A DNA stretch of 64,000 bases. It comes from the human T2T-CHM13v2.0 reference genome, Homo sapiens. Of the stretch, positions 15,896 through 33,605 are shown piece by piece. The first letter of the stretch is position 1; each line of letters starts with the position of its first letter. Below the pieces are notes generated by a model. The model saw nothing but the letters and a program-made list of their open reading frames with translations. It made no database searches and had not been told where the DNA came from. Position numbers and translations under genes: made by a program. The stretch is taken from assembly GCF_009914755.1 (NCBI RefSeq), contig NC_060941.1. One strand, given 5' to 3'.

Positions 15896-17090
15896 TATAG
15901 ATGTTTTAAATTTTGTTCTCTTTTTTCTGATGTATCCATGCCTGTTAGATTTTCTAAAATGAGCAGGTATACTTTTACAACAAGAGGCAGCCTTGCTGTA
16001 GAAATTATTTTAAAGCAACATTTCTGCCTCTTAAAAATGTTATATGAAAAGCTGCCTTCCCCATATACTCTACTCATTGCTTCTGCAAATATTTGAGGAC
16101 CACCATGCCCCAAACACCATCCTAGGCACTGGAGCTGTGCCGGGGAACAAAACAGACGAGCCGTGCGTGCTCATCCCAGTGGCCGAAGAAAGTAACAAAC
16201 AAGTAGAGAAATACAGGATTGGTAATGAGAAGAGAGGGAGGGAGTATGCACCACAGAAACCGGTGCAGGGACAATGTCAGAAGGAGTAGGGAGCCTCGGG
16301 GCTAAAGCATCCTTTGAGCAGAGATAGAAGGGAGTCCCGTGCCTATCTGGGTCAGAGGAAGTGCCCAACTGCAAAGGCCCTCAGGCAGCAGCGTGCTTGG
16401 CGTGTCCCAGCAGATGAAGTATTGAGCCAGAGAACAGCGGACATTTTATTTACTCTAACTGTGCTACCCAGGAGGCTGTCATGCCCATTAAGTAGCATCA
16501 TTTTAACCTGTTGCCCCGTTACCGAGTAGAAGATAATAGATATCATGACTTGGAGCTTATTAGAAATACACAGGCCATATTCCACTAACGATACCGTGAA
16601 AACCCTCAGTTCCTTTGTGGCTTTCTGCTTCGAAACACTTGATCTCTCTTAACTAACGTTGCAGTGGGTGCAGGTAAAGGCATTACCTTAGAGGTATGAT
16701 GCTGTGCTGGGCATCCTTGGTTATATATGGCATGGCTATTTCTGTTAACCATGCCCTGTTACATGGAATAGCAATGAATCACCATCAGTGTTGTTTTGCC
16801 AGTGTTGTTCAGATTAGCTGTGAATACAGAGGACTTTCATCGTTGTACAAAAAATGGTAGGAGAAATCCACAATTATTCATTTGTTCCTATGGTTGGTCA
16901 TCGTTGGCCTGTCCGTGGAATCTTAGAAGTAGAAAGAAGCTTCTGTTGTCATCTCTCCACACGTTGCAACTGTCTTTGATAAGTATATTACTCAAAGCCT
17001 TATTTTCGAGAATGCTAAGAGATCATGTATTTTTGAAGACATATTTACAAAATAGGTGAGAATGAACACATTTAAAGTGGAATGTAGTTA

Positions 17091-18047
17091 CGTTACTGGA
17101 AAGAAGTCCCAATCCAGACCCCAAGAGAGAGTTCTTGAATTTCATGGAAGAAAGAATTTGGGGCAAGTCCACAGAGTAAAGTGAAAGCAAGTTTACTAAG
17201 AAAGTAAAGGAATAAAAGAATGGGCCGGGTGCAGTGGCTCACACCTGTAATCCCAGCACTTTGGGAGGCCGAGGCGGGCGGATCATGAGGTCAGGAGATC
17301 GAGACCATCCTGGCTAACATGGTGAAACCCCGTCTCTACTAAAAATACAAAAAAATTAGCCAGGCATGGTGGTGGGCACCTGTAGTCCCAGCTACTCAGG
17401 AGGCTGAGGCAGGAGAATGGCGTGTATCCGGAGGTGGAGCTTGCAGTGAGCCGAGATCGGGCCACTGCACTCCAGCCTGGGCAACAGAGCAAGATTCCGT
17501 CTCAAAAAAAAAAAAAAAAAAGAATGGCTACTCCATAGGCAGAGCAACCCCCAAGAGCTGCTGGTTGGCTATTTTTATGGTTATTTCTTGATCATATGCT
17601 TTAAAAGGTGTGGATTATTCATGAGTTTTCTGGGAAAGGGGCAGGCAATTCCCAGCACTGAGGGGTCCTTCCCTTTTTAGACCATACGGGGTAACCACTG
17701 GATGTTACCATGGCATTTATAGACCATCATGGCACTAGTGGGAGTGTCTTTTAGCATGCTAATGTATTATAATTAGCATATAATGAGCAGCAAGGAAGCC
17801 AGAGGGTCGCTTTCCTCGCCATCTTGATTTTGGCAGGTTTTGGCTGGCTTCATTACTGCATTCTGTTTTATCATGAGGGTCTTTATGGTCTGTACCTTCT
17901 GAGAACAGTCCTGCTGACCTCTTGTTTTATCCTGTAACTAAGAATGCCTGACCTCCCAGGAGTGCAAATGCAGCCCAACAGGTCTCAGCCTCATTTTACC
18001 CAGCTGCTATTCAAGATGGAGTTGCTCTGGTTTGAACACCTCTCACA
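17091..18047 (-). mobile_element. MER41 solo LTR (ERV1) interrupted by AluY
   Basis: Ends match the recalled reverse complement of MER41 (GTTACTGGAAAG...CCAGACCCCAAGAG; CAAGATGGAGTTGCTCTGGTTTGAACACCTCTCACA); colinear with copy at 30245-30883. Confidence 0.8.
17223..17520 (+). mobile_element. AluY nested in MER41
   Basis: Full Alu, A tail, AAAAGAATGG duplicated at the flanks. Confidence 0.95.
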
Positions 18048-19458
18048 ATTAGACATTAAACAGTACTTCAGAGGCTGCCCAGGAGTTCTATGATGATGAG
18101 ATGGACCCACCGGGAGCCCTGGAGTAATGGTTCAGATTCTGATTCTTAACTGTAGATGAATCTTTGGACCTGTATTCATACTGGAGATAAATCAGCACCC
18201 CTTGTAAGAATTTCTGGACAGAGGGCTATTGTATTAGAGGTCAGAAATTTCTATTTTTATGGTCTGTCTGATTTTCCATATAGTGTATATTCATTATATA
18301 AAATTCAAACATAGCAGAGTGTCTGTGGTATTAAGTTAAACCCTTTGAAATTGCTGTTAAGGTGGGTTAGACTGTCACACTGTCACAGCTTAGCAGCTGC
18401 AAACTTTTAACCTATTAGAAAATGAACGTCTCCAGCCATCCAGCCCCTCATAGATATACAATGTAAGTCATTTGTCACAACCACCCTCAATTTTAATTTG
18501 AAAAAACCCCTAATAGGGAGCTGAATGTGGAGAGCTTCTCACATTACACATGGATAGCTTCAGACACAGATGTTTTTACACATGTACCATAACCCCCATG
18601 TAGGCGAATTTGGGTTTGCAATATTCAGATTCATTTTGTATGATTTGCTTTACAGAATGCCACTGCAGGAGCTCTTTGAATTGTTAATAGCTTCAGTGAT
18701 TGCAAACTATTGTGACTTTTCAAGAATGTATCTGTGGTATAAAGTGAGACGTGTCAGTCATCAGTAAATTTTCAAATGAGGAGGGAACACTGCCTGGTCT
18801 CACAGCCTGGTCTTCCAAGTGGCATCACAATGCCAAACTTGAACCAAACGTGAATATGCCATTTTTTGAGGAACCTAAAAATCCTGGATTCTGGGTTGTT
18901 GAATCATAGCCAATAAACTGTGAGGTACTTTAGTCCCATTTTGAAAAAAAGAGCATGCTACAGCTTCTGCATTTAATGTCACTTCATTCTATTCACAACA
19001 TTACATATTGTAGTTCCCATTTTTATTTCCTTTTAAAAATTTGTGCCATTTTATTAAGTCAGGGTCTTTTCCTACTGCAGTCTTAACCCAGACCCCTTAG
19101 AGGGCTTCAGCAGGCTTTCCGGAAGTCAGGGTGGATAGCTAGAGCCAAGACCCATTGCCTCTCCTGCCCCCCTTAGGAGGGTGTGGGAGCCCACGGGGAT
19201 GTGCCTCAACCTCACAACAGGTCATGAGCTCCTGCAAAGCCCATTTGTAGCCTCACACATCTCTGCAGGTCACAGGGTTTCTGGTCTGTGAGTTAGCCCA
19301 CAGAACTCTAGCCCAGGCAGCATGCAGTTGCTCATTGAATCCCAGAGGCCTTCAGTGTACAGTCACGGAGCAGGTGCATGCCAGAAGCTTGAAGGAAAGT
19401 GCAGTCTCCTGCACTTTGTCTCCTTTCTGGGTCAAAGCAAAGAAGACCAGAGTAATGT

Positions 19459-19798
<340 letters not shown>

Positions 19799-20286
19799 CT
19801 ACACTAGAGTCCTTTTGCAAAGGATACCTTATTTCACCTTCAGTGCAGTCCAGAGAGAGAGCCCAGCATAGTCCAGGGACACAGTCTTCTTACTACTATA
19901 TTACAGATAAGGAACCGGGGGCTCAGAGAGGCAGTGTCATTTGTCCAGAGTCACACAGCAAAAATGGGTAAGATTAAGATTTGATCCGAGCTCTTTGGAA
20001 TCCAAGTTCAGGGCTCTTTCCAGAGTTGCCCACTGGTTTTATATAATAATTGAAGACTGTGGACGGTGGAAAGGGTCTCAGAGACGAGTGAATTTGACAG
20101 GGATGTTGGAACTTGGAGAAATGTCCCAACTGTCTTAGATCAGCATTTCTCAACCTTAAATGTGCACAGGACCCACCCAAAGATTTTGTTTAAAATGCAT
20201 GTTTGGACTTAGTAGATCTGGGATGGGGCCCAAGAGTCTGCATTTCTGCCAAGCCTCTAGCTGATGCTGCTGGTCCTAGGACCAGT

Positions 20287-20418
20287 GCCCAGCTACTTGG
20301 GAAGCTTAGGCAGGAGAATGGTGTGAACCCGGGAGGTGGAGGTTGCAGTGAGCCAAGATCGCGCCACTGTACTCCAGCCTGGGCGACAGAGCGAGACTCC
20401 ATCTCAAAAAAAAAAAAA
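20287..20418 (+). mobile_element. 5'-truncated Alu (right arm) abutting a MER5A-like fragment (about 20140-20285)
   Basis: CCCAGCTACTTGGG...GAGACTCCATCTC-A tail; upstream TCTGCATTTCT...TGATGCTGCTGGTCC motif. Confidence 0.85.
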
Positions 20419-21550
20419 GAACTGAACAGACATCATCAGAGCTGAAAGGAGATTCCTCCTGGTGCAGGGGTGGAGGACAGTTTCACAGGAGGATGGCAGC
20501 ACTGAGAGCCATGGGGGTCTCCAGCCTGTGGACTGCTGCTCAGAGCCTGGTCCCCCACCGCTTTCTTTACCTAACTTGGAAATGAGTGAGATGGACTCAA
20601 GATTTGGGACACATCAGCAGGAGCGTTTCTAATGAGTTAATATCTGCTTGAGGTCAGCAGCCCAGTGCATGCTCTGCTCTGAGCATTCATTCATCTTCAG
20701 GGGACATTCTGTGTTTCTGCATTTCATCCTCTGCATTCAGAATTTTCCATTTGCTCAGGCCCCCAGCAGGGCGTCTGGCCACGTTGGGCCGTGTTTGTAT
20801 TGCTGGAGTAAAGGATGCCAGCACACTTACTCTTCTGCTTCCTCAGGTTTTCTGAAATCTCTGCAGTTAGGCTGTTAGCTTCAGCTTTATCCCTAGACGT
20901 ATATTGATTTTATTTGCACTCCTGGTGAAGTCTGAATTATAGTCATGACAACTAGAGTTATGTCAACAATATGCAAGCCAGGAAGGGCAGGTCTCTTAAT
21001 TCTGCTGGGAGGCCAGTTGCCAAACAATACATTAAAAAGCTCAGAGAAAGAAAAATGGTCAGCTCAGGGCTCACTGTTGCTCTTGAGCCAGAGATCCCAG
21101 CTGGATCTTGGGCAAGCCAGACTTCTCAGCAGAGGAATAGCCCTTCAGAGAAACCCTTCCAAGGGCATGGTTTCAGCTTGCTGGCCTGGCTAACTAGTCT
21201 CGTGTGGCCTCTGGGGAGGGTCATCATGTGGCCAACCACCCTAAAGGCAGAGAGCCCTCCCAGCACTTCTCTGTGGCTGTCCCAGCATGAACAGTGATTG
21301 CTTGAGAGAAGGAGTTCAGATTATGTATGAAGGTGCAAATGCATGGAGTTCTGGGCTGCTTGTCTGCACCAGCTCACCTGACTATCAGCTGCCTTTTTAT
21401 GTTAGTTTGTCATCTGGCCAACTAGTGCTGGCTACAAGTTGGCCTCTGTCAGTTCTGTCAGTCTTAGTGCTTAATGAGCACAAATGTGAATGAATGAGAG
21501 AGAGAACTCTGAGTTTTGAATGCATGTGCCTGATATAGTGCTTGGTCTCA

Positions 21551-21934
<384 letters not shown>

Positions 21935-22215
21935 TTCCAAGAAGGAATGTGTGTTAAGTTCCCCAGAAGCTGACGTAGCCCCATGGTTTTGAGAAGTTCA
22001 TTCCTGAAGGGATCCCAGGAGACATGGGTGGGGAGTAGAGATGGGAGCCAGGTAAGGGTAGGACCTAGCCAAGGTTGTGTTCTCAAGCTGATGACCACTG
22101 TGGGCAGCTGGAGCTCGGTCTTCTTGTGAGCTGGAGGAACATTCTGGAACAGGCTTCCTGTTCCCATAACTCGGGCACCTCGGGCTCCCTCTGCAGGAGT
22201 GGTCTGAATGGAACC

Positions 22216-22413
22216 CTCAGGTGTTCGCAGGTGTGCAGGACAGAAAGCTCAGGTGTTCGCAGGTGTGCAGGACAGAAAGCTCAGGTGTTCGCAGGTGTGC
22301 AGGACAGAAAGCTCAGGTGTTCGCAGGTGTGCAGGACAGAAAGCGCAGGTGTTCGCAGGTGTGCAGGACAGAAAGCTCAGGTGTTCGCAGGTGTGCAGGA
22401 CAGAAAGCTCAGG
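22216..22413. repeat. Minisatellite, 6 full copies of a 32-bp unit
   Basis: Unit CTCAGGTGTTCGCAGGTGTGCAGGACAGAAAG starts at 22216, 22248, 22280, 22312, 22344 (one T>G), 22376, plus a partial at 22408. Confidence 0.97.
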
Positions 22414-22815
22414 GGATACGGGTGGGGCCCTGTCTGCTGCAGGTTGGAAATTCCAGAGAAACCAAAAGGAGGCACTTGAGTTGGACTTTGAAGGTGAACA
22501 GAACAGCAAGACCCCTGCCCTCCCAGACTTGCAGTCAGGTGGCAACGGTTTCCGGGAAGAAAGCTAACTGGGAGAAGGAAGGAGTGTTGGGGTTTCAGGA
22601 AGACCACTGTGGAGGATGACTGTGAACAGCAGAAGAGGGAAGGGCGGAGCTGGCGTCCCAAGGCAGGAGACAGGTGGGAGCTTGCGGCAGGCTGGCATGG
22701 CTGGGACCGAGGCGGAGGGAGTGGTGGGAAATAAGCCGAGAGACAGAGCAGAGCGAGTGTCCTCCTCAGCCATCAAAGCACTCAGCCTTCTCTCTGTCGT
22801 GTGGGAAGCCGGTGA

Positions 22816-23790
<975 letters not shown>

Positions 23791-25239
23791 GTTTTCTTGA
23801 AGAAATAGCAGTTGAGCTGGGACCTGAAGAAGTGGGAGAGGTCAGCCAGGCTAGGGATGGGGGAGAAACGGCAGGCCAGGGAAGGCTGGGTCTTCAGGAA
23901 GACAGAGGAGGTGCTGGCCAAAGGTCTGGAGGTCAAGCCTCGCGCTGCATCTGATCTTGCCCTGGCGCCCTGCCCACCTGGAAGTCCTATATGGTTCCTC
24001 GTCCCCCTGCCCTCAGGCATCCCCCACCCCCAGTGATGTAGCTGCTCGGATATCCACTGGCTGTCTCCCTCAACCCCAGCATTGATTAGACCCAGACTGA
24101 AAGTGGGACTTGCTCAAAGCCGGCCCAGACCCCTGAGGTTGCCGTACCGTGGAGTTTCCTACCATAACAGAGCTGCTTTCAAAAACTCAGCATTGGATGG
24201 CTCTGTGTCCTTTGGCAGCAAGGCCTGCAGGTGGCAGCGTGGAGATGGCTCAGGGAGTGTGTTCTGTAGTGGAAACAGAAGTGCTGCTCTTGATTGGGGG
24301 AGCAAGGGCGTGAAGATGCTGGGTCTGCTCTGATCTCAGGGCTGGCTTGGGCTGGGGAGAAATCTATTCTGACCCTCTGGGCCAGGCCACTGAGAAGCTA
24401 CCTCTCTGATATGGACGTGGTCAGCCTGCCCTGGACCCCACACACCGGTCTGTCTCCTTCCCAAACAGCTGCCTGTTCTACCAGCCTCCAGAAACTCAGC
24501 TCTGCTTCCGGCTGAAAAGAATCTGCCCAGGCAGAGCAGGAAGCGTGTGGCGTCCTCTGCCCAGCTCCACCTTGTGCGAGCAGGTGTCTCCTTTGTGGAT
24601 ATTCCTCTCAAACCTGGTGATTGATTTGAGACCTGAGGCCAAGGTCATATTGCAAATAAGTTCAGAAGTACTTGAATGTAAAAATGCTTCTGTCAGCCTT
24701 TAGCCTGACTGTGAGCAGTGTCTCATGCTTATAACCAGACTAATATGATAACATGAAACTCACAAGGCCGTCGTTAGGTTATGTCTGCAGTTGAGGCGGT
24801 AGATGGCAAAGTGTGTAAAAAGGCCCCCTGCCTATCTGGAGGCTCATCACTGCATCAGCCCACATCCCCTGACTGTGGTGGTGACTTGTCAAAGGAGGAA
24901 GGCGGAATGACTGTCTGGGAATGTCAGAGGAGCCCAGCATAGCTGGGTAGAACTGCGTGCTACAGTTGGAAACTGGGCATTCGTTGGTAGTATGAACCGC
25001 AACTTCACCCAGGTGAAAGTAGTTTTTAACTGTTTCAAGCATCTCAGATCAGCAAGTCAGTTGTGTTTGGGTGTTTTCAGATGTTATTGTGAATCCTGAG
25101 AAAATACGATTAATCTGTGCCTCTTTCTGGTAACTTTTTTCTTATTCTAAGTCAGAAGTGCAGAGCAGGGTGGCATAGTCGGTATTCTCATCTCAAATTT
25201 GCACTTCCTATGTATTCTTTTAAATTTAGACACAACCAA

Positions 25240-25566
<327 letters not shown>

Positions 25567-25887
25567 TTAGAATCATTGCCGGGGCCAGTTTTTAGAGGAC
25601 TGGGCTGGCCCTGCCGAAGTGGGCAGGCCAGTATGTGTAGCATCACAGTTCATGTTTTATCTTTATGGGCCTTCTACGTTTCCAGTGGCCCCAAATTCAC
25701 AGGTGTTTCCACTACATGCTGCCAACAAAGGCAGAGCTCAGCCGTGTTTCACACCTTCAGTCTGGAAGCAAAAATATCAGGGCCATCTCTCCCTCATGTT
25801 TTAATGTCTCTGGTCAAATGGGGGCACTCAACTCATCAGAGCATGTTCACAAGCCCTGAGACTTGATCCCTGTATGAGCGAGTTATT

Positions 25888-26200
25888 CTTTTTTTTTTTT
25901 TTTTTTTTTTTCTGAGACAGAGTCTCACTCTATAGCCCAGGCTGGAGTGCAGTGGCACAATCTCACCCACTGCTGCCTCCGCCTCCCCAGTCCCAGTTCA
26001 AGCAATTCTCCTGCCTCAGCCTCCTGAGTAGCTGGGATTACAGGCATGTGCCACCATGCCCAGCTAATTTTTGTATTTTTTTAGTAGAAACAGGGTTTCA
26101 CCATGTTGGCCAGGCTCGTCTTGAATTCCTGACCTGGTGATCCACCCACCTCACCCTCCCAAAGTGCTGGGATTACAGGTGTGAACCACCATGTCTGGCC
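25888..26200 (-). mobile_element. Alu
   Basis: Poly-T plus antisense Alu; AGTTATT on both flanks. Confidence 0.95.
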
Positions 26201-26357
26201 ACAAGCAAGTTATTGTTATCGGAGAAAAGCATCACCCAACAGCACAGCATCTGATAAGCACATTTGGGCTTCAGTTCTGTATTTGTTCAGCCAGAGAGCT
26301 GAGTGCATGTCCTGTGCCAAGCACTGTTAGAGTTGGGAATCTAGACACAGCTGGCAG

Positions 26358-26882
26358 TGTCACAGGGTGAACCCCAAAATTGGGGTTCAGCCTAAGAGGC
26401 CACATGGGTTCTTGGCTTTGGGCGGGAGGGAATTCAAGAGCAAACCTACAGAGTAAAGTGAAAGCAAGTTTATTAAGAAAGTAAAGGAATAAGAGGGTGG
26501 CTACTCCATAGGCAGAGCAGCCCTGCAGGCTGCTGATTGGCTATTTTGGTGGTTATTTCTTGATCAAATGCTAAACGAGGGGTGGATTATTCATGAGTTT
26601 TCTGGGAAAGGGGCAGGGAATTCCTGGAACTGAGGATTCCCCTTTCACACCATGTAGGGTAACTTCCACATATTGCCATGACATTTGTAAACTGTCTTGG
26701 TGCTGGCGGGAGTTTCCTATAGCATGCCAATGTATTATAATTAGCATACGATGAGCAGCCAGGAGACCTGAGACTGCTTTCGTTGCCTTGTTGATTTTGG
26801 CGGGTTTTGGCTGGCTTTACCACAGACTGTTGTATTAGGGGTTCTTTGTGACCTGTATCTTGTGAAACCAGTCCTGCTGAAT
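26358..26882 (-). mobile_element. MER41-family LTR, partial
   Basis: CAGAGTAAAGTGAAAGCAAGTTTATTAAGAAAGTAAAGGAATAA...GGCTACTCCATAGGCAGAGCAG core shared with the 17091 and 30245 copies; different terminus. Confidence 0.75.
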
Positions 26883-27075
26883 TCCTGTATCAGCAGGGGC
26901 TCCTCCTGCAAATGCAGAGGCTCCCCAAGAGAGCACAAGGGGGCTCAATCAGTACTTGTGGGATGAAGGCATGGTGGTGCTCCAAGAGGGACGACGGATG
27001 ATTCCTCGGAAGCCTTCTCTGCTGCTGATCCATAGTAAAGCCCCTTGAGTGCCTTCCTTATCTCCTTCACCATCA

Positions 27076-27542
<467 letters not shown>

Positions 27543-27731
27543 CTAGCCAGGGACCAGGGTCCTGGACCTGTCAGCAGCTGACGCTTCTTACAACTAGCTC
27601 CTTCCCGTCAGGCAGATGTTCAAAATTTGGAGTCTTGTGCTGGGAGACTCAGCCCACTCCAGGCTTCTCCAGGGCTCCTTCGGTGACAGTGAGACTTCCC
27701 GTGGGTTTACTGACCTTCGTTTTTCTGCTGA

Positions 27732-28205
<474 letters not shown>

Positions 28206-28798
28206 TGAGTTCAACTCTTGATTTAAAAGAAAAAAAAATCAAAAAAAAAAAAACAACCCAACCCCTGTTCTTACTGTGCATTTGAAAATAGCGATGAATC
28301 ATCCCAATGGCTTTGCCATTTTAAGCAGTTCCTCTCCAGAGAACATTTTCCTCCCTTTTGGTGTGGGTACAAGTTTTCCTTTATGCAGATTAATTTTAAA
28401 TTGGAAAATCTACAAATACAAAAAGCATCAGTACACAGTTTATTTCCTTTATTATGTTCATGGACCCGAAGCACTGTTTTTCCCAAGAAGTCGACTTTGA
28501 CATACTGGAATTACAACTAACCAGCCCTTCACGGATCCCCACGCATCAATTCTAGGTTGACTGTGTAAAGAGTTGTCTCTTAATAGGGAGAGCAGTTTTC
28601 TGCTACCTTGCTGACTTTCCCTGTAGGGTGAGTGTAGCTGCTGATATCTGAACAGGTACTCAATTCTCACCCTTTGTTCCTTTTCTCACCCCATCCCACT
28701 TCCAAGCAAACATTAAACTCAGTTACAACACGGTGGTTTCTGTCACTCTTTCCCCAGAAAAATGACCCACGTGTTTCCCATTTGTGCTTGTTATTTAG

Positions 28799-28936
28799 AA
28801 AGCCAAACTTGGCCCTGCTGGCAACAAAGTCATCAGTCCCTCTGAAGACAGGAAACAACCTTCCAACAACCTTGACCGAGTGAAACTCACGGACTTCAAT
28901 TTCCTCATGGTGTTGGGAAAGGGGAGTTTTGGAAAG
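28799..28936 (+). CDS. PRKCA: PKC-alpha coding exon (exon 9; K307-K352, hinge and Gly-rich loop)
   Basis: ttatttag|AAA...AAG|gtaag; 138 nt, phase 0/0; [46 protein letters not shown]. Not reported in this frame by the ORF track. Confidence 0.98.
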
Positions 28937-29043
28937 GTAAGAGGACAGTCGTCTGCAAATTGCAGGGGCTTCTGCAGAGAATGTCGAATCAGTTTTGTTC
29001 TCCTCGTAGTTTGCAGAATAGCACATTAGATTTCCCTGTGATT

Positions 29044-29277
<234 letters not shown>

Positions 29278-29515
29278 AGATTTCCCTGTGATTTGTACAG
29301 TCATCCAGAAGACCACCAGGATGGCTAAATGGTAGAAAGGAGAGGTTTATTGGTGGTATCAGTTTGCAAACCCATAAAAGAAAGTCTATGGTGTGAAATG
29401 AAGGTGCCCTCTCTTTGAGGAGAGAAAGGGCAGGTTGGGTTTTATGCCTCACAGGGTCCATGTTACACAGTAGAGTCATCCATATTCAACAGGTTTGGGG
29501 GGAAAGCTTGACTTA

Positions 29516-30099
<584 letters not shown>

Positions 30100-30244
30100 T
30101 CAAAGTTAGGAGGGGCCTGATAGCTCCTACTGCTAGGGAGTTTAGCGAGAGTGGTTTATCTTGTAGCTGTAGGGATTTAGAAATTTGCCATGCCAGCTGG
30201 GCCCTGAACCCTCAACCCATAGATAACTATTTCCTTAACTTTAA

Positions 30245-30883
30245 TGTTACCAGAAAGGGGTCCTGATCCAGACCCCAAGAGGAGGGTTCTTGGACCTCAA
30301 GCAAGAAAGAATTCAGAGCGAGTCCACAGAATAAAGTGAAAGTCAGTTTGTTAGAGAAGTAAAGAAATGAAAGAACAGCTACTCCATAGGCAGAGCAGCA
30401 GCATGGGCTGCTTGACTGAGTATACTTAGAGGTATTTCTTGATCGTATGCTAAACAAGGGTTTTATTATTCATGAGTTTTCTGGGAAAGGGGTGGGCAAT
30501 TCCCAGAACTGAGGCTTCCTCCATCTTTTAGACTATATAAGGTAACTTCTGGGCATTGCCATGGCATTTGTAAACTGTTGGGGTGCTGGTGGGAGTGTCT
30601 TTTCACATGCTAATAATGCATGTAATGAGCAATGAGGGTAGCCAGAGGTTATTCTCATCGCCATCTTGGATTTGGTGCGTTTTGGCTGGCTTCTTTACTG
30701 TATCCTGTTTTATCAGCAGGGTCTTTCTGACCTGTGTCTTGTGATACTAGCCCTGCTGACCTCCTATCTCATCCTGCGACTAAGAATGCCTGACCTCCTG
30801 GGAATGCGGCCCAGCAGATCTCAGCCTTATTTTTCCCATCCCTTATTCAAGATGGAGTCACTCTGGTTCAAATGCCTGTGACA
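30245..30883 (-). mobile_element. MER41 solo LTR, full length
   Basis: TGTTACCAGAAAGGGGTCCTGATCCAGACCCCAAG ... CAAGATGGAGTCACTCTGGTTCAAATGCCTGTGACA; TG..CA termini; 4-bp flanks TTAA/TTAG. Confidence 0.85.
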
Positions 30884-31463
30884 TTAGGGTCCATCTTAGT
30901 CGCTAAAGAGGCATTTATTTGGTCTCTCAGATCAGAGTGCACAGTCCTCACCTGGTTTCTACTTCCTTAAAAGCAACTGCATCCAAAAAGCTATAGTGGG
31001 TTCACTGTGTGTTACTATTTCTCAGTGTTCAGAACAGAAGGGATGCTCAGAAATGCTGGTTGATGAATAGTTTTCACAACTAAAAATTAAATGTTCACTT
31101 GTAGTAAGCAAATACAATCATTAAGAGATACTGACATGGGGTCTTCAGCAATTTGCCTGTATCTCCATTTGGTTTCTGTGGCCCCACATTTCATAGACCC
31201 AGGAACTGATTTCAAGTCTAGCTTCTTGACTTGAGAGATTATAAATGTCAGTCAGCTTTCACTCTAAGGATACTGCTGAAAAATGTGCATAATTCCAGAC
31301 TAATCCTGATAGAGAATGTTGAGTATTCATTTTAGCAGCCAAAATAGTGCCATTATGTGGCAGTGGCCTATACCATTTACAAATCTTGGCAGCGTTGAAG
31401 TTTTGCAAATGCTGGAGGGACTGAATTTGTAGTGATGTGTAGAATTTACAAATTTGCACATAA

Positions 31464-31841
<378 letters not shown>

Positions 31842-32003
31842 TAGCATCCTTGTTCCTTTGGAGAAGGCTGGAGAAAGGTGTGTTGTGATGTCAAGCAGAG
31901 GTGACTGGGGACCACCTCCCACCTCTCTCACTGGTAGATTTGGGGCATGCCTTCTCTGTGATGTCCTCTGCTTGGCATTCATGCCATTTAATTCGGCAAA
32001 CAT

Positions 32004-32290
32004 TTCTTTTTCTTTTTCTTTCTTTCTTTCTTTTTTTTTTTTTTTTTGAGACAGGATCTCACTCTCTCGCCCAGGCTAGAGTGCAGTGGCACAGTCACGG
32101 CCCACTGCAGTCTCAAGTAGTTGAGACCACAGATGTACCCCACCACACTCAGCTAATTTTTGTATTTTTAGTAGAGACGGGGGTTTCACCATGTTTCCCA
32201 GGCTGGTCTTAAACTCCTGAGCTCAAACGATCCCCCTACGTTGGCCTCCTAAAGTGCTGGGACTACAGGTGTGAGCCACTGTGCCTGGCC
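32004..32290 (-). mobile_element. AluJ-like with internal deletion
   Basis: T-rich tail plus antisense Alu missing part of the right arm. Confidence 0.85.
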
Positions 32291-32294
32291 TTAA

Positions 32295-32741
<447 letters not shown>

Positions 32742-33179
32742 TAAGGAGACTTGATTTTGTAAAAGAGCATGTTCTTGTTCAATGCCACACAACAGGGACT
32801 GGCAAACTGTGGCCTATTCTCTATGGCTTGTGAGTTTAGGAAAGGTCACAACAAGGAAATCCAAAGAGTCATATATCGTGACACGTGAAAATTAGGTCAA
32901 ATTTTAAATTTCAGCATCCATAAACAGCTGTTTTGGGACATCACCACACTCCTTCGTGTACCTGTCATCTACAGCTGCTTTTGCACCATGAAGGCAGAGT
33001 TGAGTTGCTGCAAGAGACACTCACAGCCTAAAATATTAATACATACTGTCTGGCCCTTTGTGGAAAAAGTTTGCTGAGCTCTGTCGTAAAGTAAAACTAA
33101 ACAGAGGACAAAAAAGGACATTCCAAAGCACTAATCAGTCCGTTGCAGGGCTTGCAAGTGGCCTACAAGAAACAGACAT

Positions 33180-33605
<426 letters not shown>

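Noticed and set aside
22075-22661. Overlapping repetitive ORFs in several frames
   Set aside because: Produced by the stop-free 32-bp VNTR.
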